Below, one piece after another: positions 1 to 9,070 of a stretch of 64,000 nt of DNA. Under the pieces are notes generated by a model. That model was not told the DNA's origin and made no database searches. It worked only from the letters and a program-made list of their open reading frames with translations. Every line of letters starts with the position of its first letter. Positions within the stretch are counted from its first letter, which is position 1. Origin of the DNA: Dehalococcoidia bacterium (GTDB lineage Bacteria; Chloroflexota; Dehalococcoidia; DSTF01; JACRBR01); contig JBBDXD010000022.1 of the NCBI GenBank assembly GCA_040902535.1, positions 220,823 through 284,822 on the forward strand. Direction: 5' to 3'. The translations under genes and the position numbers were made by a program.

Positions 1-486
1 CACCATGCCGGGCAGGACGAGCAGCGGAGCGGCCGCAGCAAGGATGGCCGGTAACCATGCAAGCGGCACGGCTAGCAGCAGTGCCGCAGCGGCGGTTGTG
101 AGCGCGATGACGTAAACGGAGAGGCCGCGCTCGAAGAGCACGAGCGCGGCACCGTCACGGGCTGCCACATTGGCCCGCGAACGTAAGAGGACGCCGCGCA
201 GGACCTCGCCGCTGGATGCCGGCGTGAGTGATCCGGCGACATTACCTACGATAGCGATAGGGAGCGCCGTTTGGATGCTAAGACGATATCCGAGCCTCGT
301 CAGCACGAAGGACGAACGCACGCCAAACAGTAGTGCCACCGGCACGGTGAGGAGCGCTGCGACAACAATCAACGATGCATTGGCGTTGGCGATCGCGTCG
401 CGCATTGCAGCGAGATCCGTGCGGACGACGAGGTACGCGAAGAACGCCAGCACTAGCGCGAGTTGCGCCGCGCGCCAGAATCTCAC
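1..486 (-). CDS. Flippase-like / lysylphosphatidylglycerol synthase TM-domain protein (UPF0104-like), partial, runs off left edge
   Basis: Manual translation from GTG at 486 (GTGA overlap with the upstream stop): MRFWRAAQLALVLAFFAYLVV...GNVAGSLTPASSGEVLR...LFERG. Hydrophobic, frame open to base 1. Absent from the ORF track. Confidence 0.7.
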   Translation of the reverse strand, partial: MRFWRAAQLALVLAFFAYLVVRTDLAAMRDAIANANASLIVVAALLTVPVALLFGVRSSFVLTRLGYRLSIQTALPIAIVGNVAGSLTPASSGEVLRGVLLRSRANVAARDGAALVLFERGLSVYVIALTTAAAALLLAVPLAWLPAILAAAAPLLVLPGMV

Positions 487-1517
487 GATCGTGCCAGCGG
501 TGCCACTTCGCGGCGGCGGCCGATGCCGTACAGGCGTCGCAGCAGCCAGTGCCGTTCGACACGCCGGGTGGTGAGGATGCGTCGCCGCCGGGAGGAAAGT
601 CTGGGCATCATGATAAGCGCGGTGAAGGGCGCGATCAGCGCCGGCGGGATGAGCAGCAGGAAATGTAACACGCGCCGTGGCGCCGGCGTGCCAAACTGCG
701 CTGCGTTGAACGGGGCGCCAATGACCGTAAGCGTCGCGAGCGGGATGAACTCGTCCCACGTGCTGCACTTCCACATCGCCAGCAATCGGTTGCGGATGAT
801 CCGCACGGTCTTCTGAAACGATCGCAGCGAGGGGCGCGCCTCGAGGGTGTGTCGATGATAGACGGTCGCGCGGGTCGCAGCGACGGTCCGGTAGCCAGCA
901 GCAATGACGCGAAGCGCAAGATCGAGATCTTCGGCATACGCGAACATGTCCGGATCGAAGGCGTACCCCGAATCCTCGATGAAGGACCGGCGAGCGATGA
1001 TGGAGACTCCGTGCAGGAATGTCGTGTCAACGATCCGGTCAGCCAGCGGAATGCCGCGATAACGGATGTAGCCGAGCGGTGACAGGTCGGCGGTGTACGC
1101 CGCATCGACTGGCTGTTGTCGTTCCATCGCCTCGAATTGGGGGTACCACGGCTGCAAGATGTTCGCGTGCGCGGCCTGGATCGAGGGATCACCTTCGATC
1201 GCCGCGAGCAACTCGCGCAGCCACGATCGGTGCAGCACGACGTCTTGATTCAGGAACACCACGTACTCGCCGCAGGCGTGCTCGAACCCGATGTTGTTGC
1301 CGATGCAGTAGCCGTAGTTCCGGTCGAGCCGGTGTACCTGCACATCGTCGTAGGTTGCGGCACGATCAGGCGTCCCGTCCGTCGAGCCGTTGTCGATGAA
1401 GAGCACTTCGTAGGGGCGGCCGATGTCTTGATCAAGCAGGGTCGTCAGGCATTCGTCGACGTACCCGACGCCGTTCCACCCAAGCACGATCACGCTTACG
1501 ACGGGCGGCTCATTCAA
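483..1517 (-). CDS. Glycosyltransferase family 2
   Basis: VSVIVLGWNG, IDNGSTDG, LDRNYGYCIGNN, FLNQD and YAEDLDL motifs. Start reassigned to TTG at 1517 (TTGA overlap with the upstream stop). Confidence 0.88.
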   Translation of the reverse strand: MNEPPVVSVIVLGWNGVGYVDECLTTLLDQDIGRPYEVLFIDNGSTDGTPDRAATYDDVQVHRLDRNYGYCIGNNIGFEHACGEYVVFLNQDVVLHRSWLRELLAAIEGDPSIQAAHANILQPWYPQFEAMERQQPVDAAYTADLSPLGYIRYRGIPLADRIVDTTFLHGVSIIARRSFIEDSGYAFDPDMFAYAEDLDLALRVIAAGYRTVAATRATVYHRHTLEARPSLRSFQKTVRIIRNRLLAMWKCSTWDEFIPLATLTVIGAPFNAAQFGTPAPRRVLHFLLLIPPALIAPFTALIMMPRLSSRRRRILTTRRVERHWLLRRLYGIGRRREVAPLARS

Positions 1518-2206
1518 GGCGATCCTCGTGAAGCTGCCGGGTCGGCGCGGCGGGCGATCACCCGGTAGGTGTGCGGAAGGACGCGCGCGAGCAGCTTGCC
1601 GGCCGCCCGTTCGAGCGGGCTGCGACCGGCCACGTAACCTTCGATCCGCAGGACCGCCAGGCCGCCATCGGCGAAGAGGCGTTCGAGGCCGGTGCGGCTG
1701 AATGGACGTACATGCGTGTAGTCGTCCCAGAAGTTCCCGATCGGAAAGAACTGAGAATAGACAGAAGGGACGTGGGCGATCAAGCAACCCCCGGGCGCGA
1801 TCAAACGCGCAGCTGCGCGGACTGTTGCCAGCGGATCGTCGAGGTGCTCGATGATTTCCTTCAGACGCACTACGTCGAACGACGCATCAGCAAACGGCAG
1901 TTCAGGTGCTCTCCCGAGCACTGACCAGACGCCGCGAGAGCGCCATAGTTCTGGCGCCGTCGGCTCCATGTCGACGCCGAGCGCATCGCAGCCAAGCGCG
2001 CGGGCGGCCATCACGAACCCTCCCCGACCTGCGCCAATATCGAGAATGCGAGGGTGTGCGGGGCTGACCTCCCGAATCGCGCGGAGATCCCACGCATCAA
2101 GCTCCGGATGCTCATGAATGTGCTGCAGGGGGCCGGCGATCGAGGAATCGATGGTCCGCGAGATCTTCCCGCCCTGCGAGGAGTGGGCGGCGAACAAGCT
2201 GATCAC
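1514..2206 (-). CDS. Class I SAM-dependent methyltransferase
   Basis: ILDIGAGRG motif I and LPFADASFDVV. Coupled on both sides by 4-nt overlaps. Confidence 0.88.
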   Translation of the reverse strand: MISLFAAHSSQGGKISRTIDSSIAGPLQHIHEHPELDAWDLRAIREVSPAHPRILDIGAGRGGFVMAARALGCDALGVDMEPTAPELWRSRGVWSVLGRAPELPFADASFDVVRLKEIIEHLDDPLATVRAAARLIAPGGCLIAHVPSVYSQFFPIGNFWDDYTHVRPFSRTGLERLFADGGLAVLRIEGYVAGRSPLERAAGKLLARVLPHTYRVIARRADPAASRGSP

Positions 2207-3387
2207 CGCTCGCCCTCGAGCATGCTGGAGAGCGCGCCCACCAGTCCCACGTTGGCGCCCACCACGATCAACGACTGGGCAACTCCGGCGACGCCGAGCC
2301 GGTTGAGCCCGGCGAGGTCATCGATGGCGAGTGCGACGTCCAGCCCGAGTCCGGCGAGGATCAACACGAATCCGCCGCCGACGAACGCCTCGAATCCCAG
2401 GTAGCGGTGATAGAAGCGCAGGACGCTATCCTCGTTCGTGATGCCCCGGGCCGTCGTATAGAGTCGCGATGCGAACCCGAGCAGCAGCGCGTTCACGCCG
2501 ACGACGAGAAAGATGCCGCCGGCGAAGATAGGTTGCCACGAGAGGTCGCCGATCTCGACCGTCTCATCGGGCAGCGCGAGCGCGAGGGTGAGCACGCCGA
2601 GCAGCGTCAGGAAGATGCCTGGCAGCGTGAACAGGTAGTTGGGGCTCGCGAGCAGCAAGAAGCGCAGATGCCGCCAGCCGTCGCGCACGGTGTTGAGCTT
2701 GGCCTCGCCGAGCCGCTCGCCGTAGGGCACCGGCACGTCCATGACGCGCAGCCCGCGGCGCGCCGACTTGAGGATCATTTCGGATGCCAGTTCCATGCCG
2801 TCGGTCTGCAGTTCGAGCCGGTTGAGCGCATCGCGGGTGAACGCCCGCAGGCCGCACTGGCTGTCGCCGACCTTGAGGCCGGTGAACACCTTGAGAAGCG
2901 CGGAGATCGCCGGCGTGCCGATGTAGCGATGACTCCAGGTCATGGCGCCCGGGGCGATACCGCCCGCGAACCTGTTACCGACGACCAGGTCGTAGCCGTC
3001 GGCCAGCGGCGAGACCAAGTCGTCCAACTGCGAGAAGTCGTACGTGTCATCACAGTCGCCCATGACGAGCCAGTTGCCGCGCGCTTCCGTGAACCCGCGT
3101 CGAAGGGCGGCGCCGTAGCCGCGCGTGGTCTCGTGTACGATGCGTGCGCCGGCCTCTTCGGCGAGTTCTGGTGACCCATCGGAGGAGCCATTGTCAACGA
3201 TGACCACTTCGCCGGCGTAGCCGCTCTGCCTGACCCAACCGAGCGCTTTCGTGACGCAGGCCGTCACGGTTTCACGCTCGTTGAGGCAGGGCATGACGAT
3301 GGAGACGAATGGCGCCCCAAGCTCGGCCGCACGCGGCTCCGCGGCTTGACGCTCGAACGCGTCCCCGGAAGAGTGAGCAATTGCCAT
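2203..3387 (-). CDS. GT2 glycosyltransferase (DPM1-like) with C-terminal TM helices
   Basis: VSIVMPCLNE, VDNGSSDG, RGYGAAL, MGDCDDTY and DSQCGLRA motifs. Start reassigned to ATG 3387. Confidence 0.9.
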   Translation of the reverse strand: MAIAHSSGDAFERQAAEPRAAELGAPFVSIVMPCLNERETVTACVTKALGWVRQSGYAGEVVIVDNGSSDGSPELAEEAGARIVHETTRGYGAALRRGFTEARGNWLVMGDCDDTYDFSQLDDLVSPLADGYDLVVGNRFAGGIAPGAMTWSHRYIGTPAISALLKVFTGLKVGDSQCGLRAFTRDALNRLELQTDGMELASEMILKSARRGLRVMDVPVPYGERLGEAKLNTVRDGWRHLRFLLLASPNYLFTLPGIFLTLLGVLTLALALPDETVEIGDLSWQPIFAGGIFLVVGVNALLLGFASRLYTTARGITNEDSVLRFYHRYLGFEAFVGGGFVLILAGLGLDVALAIDDLAGLNRLGVAGVAQSLIVVGANVGLVGALSSMLEGER

Positions 3388-3499
3388 GGTTGGCCACCCT
3401 GTATACGATGCGCCGACACCGGAGACACCCCGGCGCGGGCAAAGGCTTCGGGAGTGTACTACAGATGCAGCCACCGCCCGGTGAATTGTCGGTCCGTGC

Positions 3500-6355
3500 G
3501 TGGAGGGGATTAAGGGTGCCAGCCACGTGACGGACGCGCAACGCCCCTTCATGGAACGCATCAAGACCGGCTGGAGCCCGCGGCGCCTAGGGGAACTCCC
3601 TACCGCCGTGAAGGTCTCGATCGCTCTCGCTATCGCGGTCAATCTTCTCTTTGCATTCGCGTACCTCTGGAGCCGCGGCGGCCAGGAGACGAAAGTCCGC
3701 GTCGAAGTGCGCGGAGATGAAGTCACCGCGTGGCTCGACGGCAAGCAGATCATCTCCGAGACGCTGGGGTCGATGGCCGGACGCGGCGGCGTCATGATCC
3801 GTGTCGATCCGACGACGTTTATCCCCAGTTTCCCGACACCTCGCGGCCTCGACAGTCTGCGCGTGACGGATCTCGAGAGCGGCGAGGTCCTGTTGGAAGA
3901 TGACTTCTCGTCGCTGGATCCGCAATTGATTCAGCGTGGCGGCGCCGCCGTCGAGGATGGGCACGTCGGCAGCCGCGACCTCATGGTCATCGGCCCGTTC
4001 GGCGCCGGCTGGCGGGATGTCCGCGTCGAAGCCGAGTTCGACAATATCGTTGGCGGCGGCGTGATGGTGCGGTCGGACGGCCAGCTCAACGGCGCCTCGT
4101 TCAATTTCCGGCCGTACCGCCACCTGGATTCCAGCCTTCAACTGCTCAAGGACGGCGCCGTGGTCGAAGGCGCCGCCGGCCCCCGTCTCGAAGCGTCGCA
4201 GGGCGAGGTCATGCGCTCGCTCGTGGCGATGACTGTCCGTGGCTATCCGATGGTGCTGCTGGCATTCGCCGGACTTGTGGTGGTCGTGGGCGCGGTGCTC
4301 TTCGTGGAAGTCCCGTTCGATATGACATCACAACGGCAACGACTGCGCGACCGCTGGCGTGCGTTCGACCGCTGGTTGCCGCTGGCGCCGTGGATCTTCG
4401 TTTCGCTGATCGCGCTTGGCGCGGTCATCGTCACCGCGTACATCAACACCGTCTACAACGATCGTCTGCCGCATGTCCCGGACGAAGTCTCGTACATCTT
4501 CCAGGCGCGCACACTGGCTTCGGGCAGGCTTTCGGTTCCGCCGCCCCCCGTGGAGGAGTCGTTCAACTTCTTTCATCCGCCGCTGATCGCCGTGTCCGAT
4601 GGCAAATGGGCCAGCATCTACCCGCTCGGTCACCCGCTCGTGCTGGCGATCGGCGTGAAGCTGGGCATCCTGTGGCTGATGCCGCCGCTCGTCGGCGGCG
4701 CGACGCTGCTGTTGCTCTTCGGCGCGGCGAAGCAGATCTACAACGTGCGCGTCGGCCTGATCGCTGTGTTGTTTCTTGCGGCGTCGCCGTTTTTCCTCAT
4801 GACAGCCAGCAACTACATGTCGCACAACACCGCCGTGCTGTACGTCGTCGCGAGCCTCTTCTGCATTGCACACCGCGACAGGCATCCCCTGGCGATGCCA
4901 GTCCTTGCCGGCATCTTTTTCGGTCTGCTGCTCAACACGCGCCCGCTGACTGCGACGGCACTTGTCGTGCCGTTCGGGCTGATGCTTCTTGCCTGGCTGA
5001 TACCACCCGATAACCGCATCGCTGCGCTCAAGAGCATCGGGTTCTTCGTCCTCGGCGGAGCGGCGATGCTGCTGGCGTACGGTTTGTACAACCTTGGCAC
5101 GACCGGCGACCTGTTCCTGGCGGGCTACTCGACGGGAGCGGACCTGAACGAAGTCGTGGGTTTCGGCGGCGCGCATTCGGTCGGACTGGGCCTGCAAAAC
5201 GAACAGACGCAGATGGCGACGCTGCTGCTCGTATTCAACGGCTGGCCGCAAGTGCTGGGCATCATCATTGTGGCGACGCCGTTCATATTTGGCACGCGCG
5301 ACCGCTGGGACTGGATCCTGCTGGCCTGCGCGATCGCCGTCATGGGCGTCTACACGCTGTACGAAGCGCCGGGATTGATGCACGGTCCTCGTTACTGGTA
5401 CGAGGCCATGCCCTTCCTGGTGTTGCTCGCCGCACGCGGGATCGAAGTGCTCGCATCGGCTGGTGCGCGGGCCGCCGCGGGCATCCTCGCGTCCATCACG
5501 GGTGGGAGCCGGCGCGCGGACTGGGCGGGCTATGCCGTGGTCTACCCTCTGGTCGCGGCCCTCTCGCTGGTTGCCGCCAACGATTGGTTGCGGGGTGACG
5601 GACTGGACTTCGCCGTCGATGCCGTGCCGCGATCGGCGAACGAACTGCAGGGGTTCAACGGCGTCAACAATAATATGGTGAGCGCCATCGACGAACGCGA
5701 CCTGAGCAACGCCCTGGTGCTCGTCGAGACGTGCCCGAATTGGCAGTGCATCGGCAGCGTCTTCTGGCGAAATGCGCCGACGCTTGACGGCGATATTGTC
5801 TATGCGAAGGACCTGCCTCACCGAAACGGTCAACTCTTCGATCTGTATCCCGATCGGCTCGTGTACCAGGCGTTGTACGGCGCCGGCGAAGTATCGGTGT
5901 ATGGCGGGCTGCCCGAGGGCGATTCGCCGGATGCAGAACCGCCACGCGCCGGTGATATCCCCACCGCTACGCCGGAGCCGACGGCGACGCCAGATCCCGA
6001 TATCGCGCAGCGCAACGATACGCGCCGCATCGCCGATCTCGAACGTGTCCGCCAGGGGCTCGAGGAGTACCAGGGCGCGCACGGCGGGTATCCGTTGGCG
6101 GAGGGCGTGCAGACGCTGTGCGCCTACCCGTTCGACTCCGCGTGCCTGTTGGAAGAATTCATCGATCTGCCGCGCGATCCGAACCCGCAGGGCACCTACT
6201 GGTACCAGTCAGACGGCGTGACATTCGTCGTGTACACGTCGCTCGAGATGCCCGGGGACGGGTCGCAGTGCCCCGATCCGGTGCCCCCTCACCTGGCGCA
6301 GATACCGAATCTTTACTGCGTCAGGGGCGGCGACGCCCCGTTAGCCGAGCAGTGA
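3500..6355 (+). CDS. Large multi-TM GT-C-fold glycosyltransferase (PMT/ArnT-like) with extra N- and C-terminal domains
   Basis: HVPDEVSYIFQARTL (DE motif after a TM helix), YPLGHP, many TM segments, GPRYWYE. Start uncertain (3500, 3527 or 3551). Confidence 0.75.
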   Translation: MEGIKGASHVTDAQRPFMERIKTGWSPRRLGELPTAVKVSIALAIAVNLLFAFAYLWSRGGQETKVRVEVRGDEVTAWLDGKQIISETLGSMAGRGGVMIRVDPTTFIPSFPTPRGLDSLRVTDLESGEVLLEDDFSSLDPQLIQRGGAAVEDGHVGSRDLMVIGPFGAGWRDVRVEAEFDNIVGGGVMVRSDGQLNGASFNFRPYRHLDSSLQLLKDGAVVEGAAGPRLEASQGEVMRSLVAMTVRGYPMVLLAFAGLVVVVGAVLFVEVPFDMTSQRQRLRDRWRAFDRWLPLAPWIFVSLIALGAVIVTAYINTVYNDRLPHVPDEVSYIFQARTLASGRLSVPPPPVEESFNFFHPPLIAVSDGKWASIYPLGHPLVLAIGVKLGILWLMPPLVGGATLLLLFGAAKQIYNVRVGLIAVLFLAASPFFLMTASNYMSHNTAVLYVVASLFCIAHRDRHPLAMPVLAGIFFGLLLNTRPLTATALVVPFGLMLLAWLIPPDNRIAALKSIGFFVLGGAAMLLAYGLYNLGTTGDLFLAGYSTGADLNEVVGFGGAHSVGLGLQNEQTQMATLLLVFNGWPQVLGIIIVATPFIFGTRDRWDWILLACAIAVMGVYTLYEAPGLMHGPRYWYEAMPFLVLLAARGIEVLASAGARAAAGILASITGGSRRADWAGYAVVYPLVAALSLVAANDWLRGDGLDFAVDAVPRSANELQGFNGVNNNMVSAIDERDLSNALVLVETCPNWQCIGSVFWRNAPTLDGDIVYAKDLPHRNGQLFDLYPDRLVYQALYGAGEVSVYGGLPEGDSPDAEPPRAGDIPTATPEPTATPDPDIAQRNDTRRIADLERVRQGLEEYQGAHGGYPLAEGVQTLCAYPFDSACLLEEFIDLPRDPNPQGTYWYQSDGVTFVVYTSLEMPGDGSQCPDPVPPHLAQIPNLYCVRGGDAPLAEQ

Positions 6356-6607
6356 TCCGAGGCGCTGGCACAGCGCCTCGAGTTCGTACGTGCGTGATTG
6401 CAGTGCGGGCGCGATGCCCCGCGGCTCCCAGTTATTGAAGCGCCCGGGGTGTCCGTAGTCCGTCTGCTCGAAGCGGGCCTCGCCCTTCGGCGCGCGGATG
6501 ACGATGAGACGTCGCACCATGGGGTGGGGTGTGCCGTGCGCGGGGTCGTAGCCGGGGTATCGCTGCTCCGTCACGGTCAGTTCAAGGATCGCTGGTGCTT
6601 CGCTCAT
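6341..6607 (-). CDS. Small hypothetical protein
   Basis: 88-aa ORF with protein-like composition and a TACAGT -10-like hexamer 6 nt before the ATG. Confidence 0.6.
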   Translation of the reverse strand: MSEAPAILELTVTEQRYPGYDPAHGTPHPMVRRLIVIRAPKGEARFEQTDYGHPGRFNNWEPRGIAPALQSRTYELEALCQRLGSLLG

Positions 6608-6676
6608 GGGCGGACTGTAACCTGTCCGCCGCGGCGCCGTCTCTCCGTCTTTGGTCGGAGTCCGTGATGCGACGGC

Positions 6677-9067
6677 TCAGAACTTGAGCTCTTCCGGCTC
6701 ATCGCCCTCGCTGCGATCGGGCGGGTAGACGATGCGAGAGCCGCCGCCTTCGTTGGGGCCGACGACGCCCTGCTCCTCCAGCATGTCCACCAGACGAGCG
6801 GCTCGTGGATACCCGATGCGGAGGCGCCGCTGCAAAAGAGACGTTGACACGCGGTTGTGCTCGTACGCCAGTTCCTTCGCGCGATCGAACATGTCGTCGG
6901 TGGCGCCTTCCTGTTCGAGTTCCGCCTTCGCCTCGTCGAAGAGGTGGTCGAACGTCGGGCGGTCGATGTCGGCGAAGCGATCCTGCGTCCAGAACTCCAC
7001 CAGCTTCTCGATCTCCTCGTCGGAGACGAAGACGCCTTGCAGGCGCTTGGGCTTGGCGGCGTCCGGCGCCATGTAGAGCATGTCGCCGCGCCCGAGCAGC
7101 TTTTCGGCGCCCGCCATATCGAGGATCGTGCGCGAGTCCACTTGCGAGCTGACCGCGAAGGCGATGCGCGTGGGGAAATTCGCCTTGATCAGGCCCGTGA
7201 TGACATCGACAGAGGGGCGCTGCGTCGCGACGACCAGGTGGATGCCCGTGGCGCGTGCGAGCTGCGCAAGGCGGCAGATCTGGCGCTCGACCTCGAACGG
7301 CGCCGCCATCATCAGGTCCGCAAGCTCGTCGATGATGACGACCCAGTACGGCATCTTCTCAGCGGCGCGCGGGCTGCGGTTGTAACCGTCGATGTTGCGG
7401 ACGGCGATCGACGCGAACTTGCGGTAGCGCGACTCCATCTCGTGGATCACGGCCTGCAGCGTGCCCACGACCTTGTCCATATCGACGACGATGTTTGAGA
7501 ACGCGAGGTGCGGGATCGGCCGGAACGCCGATAGCTCGACGCGCTTCGGGTCGATCATGACGAACCGCACTTCAGAGGGTGATGCGTGCATGAGGATGCA
7601 CGAGATGATGGCGTTCATGCAGACGGACTTGCCGGAGCCGGTCGTACCGGCGATCAACAAGTGAGGCATCTTCGTCAGGTCGGCGACGATAGGTTCGCCG
7701 GATACGCTCTGGCCCAGCGCGAGCGTAAGCTTGCTCTTACCGGACGCCTTCTGGAAATGTTGCGCCTGCACGACGCTGCGCAACGTGACGAGCGACTTCG
7801 TCGCGTTTGGCACTTCGATGCCGAGGACGGGCTTACCCGGCACGGGGGCCTCGATGCGGATCGAAGGCGCGGCGAGCGCCAGCGCCATGTCGTTCGCGAG
7901 CGACGTGATCTGCTGCACGCGCACGCGCGTCCGCGAGACTTCTTCGGCGTGCGTCTTCGGCCGGCCGTCCTTGTCGAGGACCGTCTTGCCTTCCTTGTCC
8001 TTCTCGACGATGTTGCGCGTCTTGATCTCCCACCCCGGTTCGATGCCGAACTGCGTGACCGTCGGCCCTTCGTTGACCTGGACGACGCGTGCATCGACGC
8101 CAAAGCTCTTCAACGTTTCCTCGATGAGTTGCGCCCGCAGCGTGTTATCGGCGGTCTCATCATCCACGGGCTTCTTGTCGCTGAGGACATCCATCGAAGG
8201 AAGCTGCCAGCCGTCGCGTGAGCGGCGCTTGCCGAGTTCGTCGACCGTGACGCCGGGGCCATCGTCGTCTTCCTCGTCCCCCTCGTCGTAATCGAACATG
8301 TCGGCCTGGACGGCTTCCTCTTCGTCCTCCTCATCCTCTTCGACCTCGTCGGCGACCGCTCCGGAGGTGCGCGCCCACATCACGGAATCGATCGGCACCT
8401 TGACCGAGCCTGTGGGTGCGGGCTTCGTCGGGAAGATGAACTCGAACATCGAGCGGGCGCCTGCGCCCATGCGATGCGGCAACCGCCAGTCCCACGCCGC
8501 GCGCGCCATGATCGGCGCGTTTTGCATCGCGGTCTGGGCGCCGGCTGGCCAGATCAAGGCGAACGCGGCGACGCCGATGATCAGCCACGCGAGAATGCCG
8601 AGCGGGTTGCCGGCGAGCCGCTGGCCCAGGTCGCCGCCGAGCGTGTGATCGTGTACGGAAACATCGCCGAGGCTCCAGTCAGGGCGGAAGAATCCGAAGA
8701 AGCCCGTCAGGAACAGGCCCGCCGCGACGCCCATCGCCCAGGGCCGCCAGTCCGCCCACAGCTTGTGCTGTTCATCGCGGATGACGAGCCAGCCGGCGTA
8801 GAGCAGCAGTCCGATCCAGCCGAAGATCAGCAGCCCGAATGTCTCGACGAAGCCGTTGCGCGCATCGGCGAGGCCGGAGGTGAAGGGCACGAGCCACGGC
8901 ACGGCCAGCAGGGCCATCACGATCAGCGCGACGCCGATGCTCTCGCGGCGGATCAGCAGGTCATGCAGCGTCGACCAGGCGGACTGGCCACCGCGCCGCC
9001 TCCCGACGGCCTTCACCGGCGCCTTCTTTGCGCGTGTTCCGGGCTTCGCTCGCGTCCTTGCGGCCAA
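6677..9067 (-). CDS. ftsK: DNA translocase FtsK/SpoIIIE
   Basis: N-terminal TM helices, GTTGSGKS Walker A, IIDELADLM Walker B, C-terminal gamma domain (STSLLQRRLRIGYPRAARL). Confidence 0.97.
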   Translation of the reverse strand: MAARTRAKPGTRAKKAPVKAVGRRRGGQSAWSTLHDLLIRRESIGVALIVMALLAVPWLVPFTSGLADARNGFVETFGLLIFGWIGLLLYAGWLVIRDEQHKLWADWRPWAMGVAAGLFLTGFFGFFRPDWSLGDVSVHDHTLGGDLGQRLAGNPLGILAWLIIGVAAFALIWPAGAQTAMQNAPIMARAAWDWRLPHRMGAGARSMFEFIFPTKPAPTGSVKVPIDSVMWARTSGAVADEVEEDEEDEEEAVQADMFDYDEGDEEDDDGPGVTVDELGKRRSRDGWQLPSMDVLSDKKPVDDETADNTLRAQLIEETLKSFGVDARVVQVNEGPTVTQFGIEPGWEIKTRNIVEKDKEGKTVLDKDGRPKTHAEEVSRTRVRVQQITSLANDMALALAAPSIRIEAPVPGKPVLGIEVPNATKSLVTLRSVVQAQHFQKASGKSKLTLALGQSVSGEPIVADLTKMPHLLIAGTTGSGKSVCMNAIISCILMHASPSEVRFVMIDPKRVELSAFRPIPHLAFSNIVVDMDKVVGTLQAVIHEMESRYRKFASIAVRNIDGYNRSPRAAEKMPYWVVIIDELADLMMAAPFEVERQICRLAQLARATGIHLVVATQRPSVDVITGLIKANFPTRIAFAVSSQVDSRTILDMAGAEKLLGRGDMLYMAPDAAKPKRLQGVFVSDEEIEKLVEFWTQDRFADIDRPTFDHLFDEAKAELEQEGATDDMFDRAKELAYEHNRVSTSLLQRRLRIGYPRAARLVDMLEEQGVVGPNEGGGSRIVYPPDRSEGDEPEELKF

Positions 9068-9070
9068 GTG

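Noticed and set aside
4328-6082. Long antisense and alternate-frame ORFs in the track (e.g. 4328-6082, 9533-11044, 31998-33590, 35423-36976, 45549-47309, 52544-54175)
   Set aside because: These are shadow ORFs of high-GC codon usage: Arg/Ala-rich, no motifs, and overlapping well-supported genes.
6616-6641. ECF-type promoter TGTAAC-N16-CGTC on the + strand
   Set aside because: It points antisense into the ftsK 3' end, and the same bases are explained as the TACAGT -10 of the minus-strand gene.
7960-8040. Insertion in FtsK (IKTRNIVEKDKEGKTVLDKDGRPKTHAEE) as an intein or mobile insert
   Set aside because: Too short, with no Cys/Ser...His-Asn intein ends. As I recall it is a lineage-typical loop.
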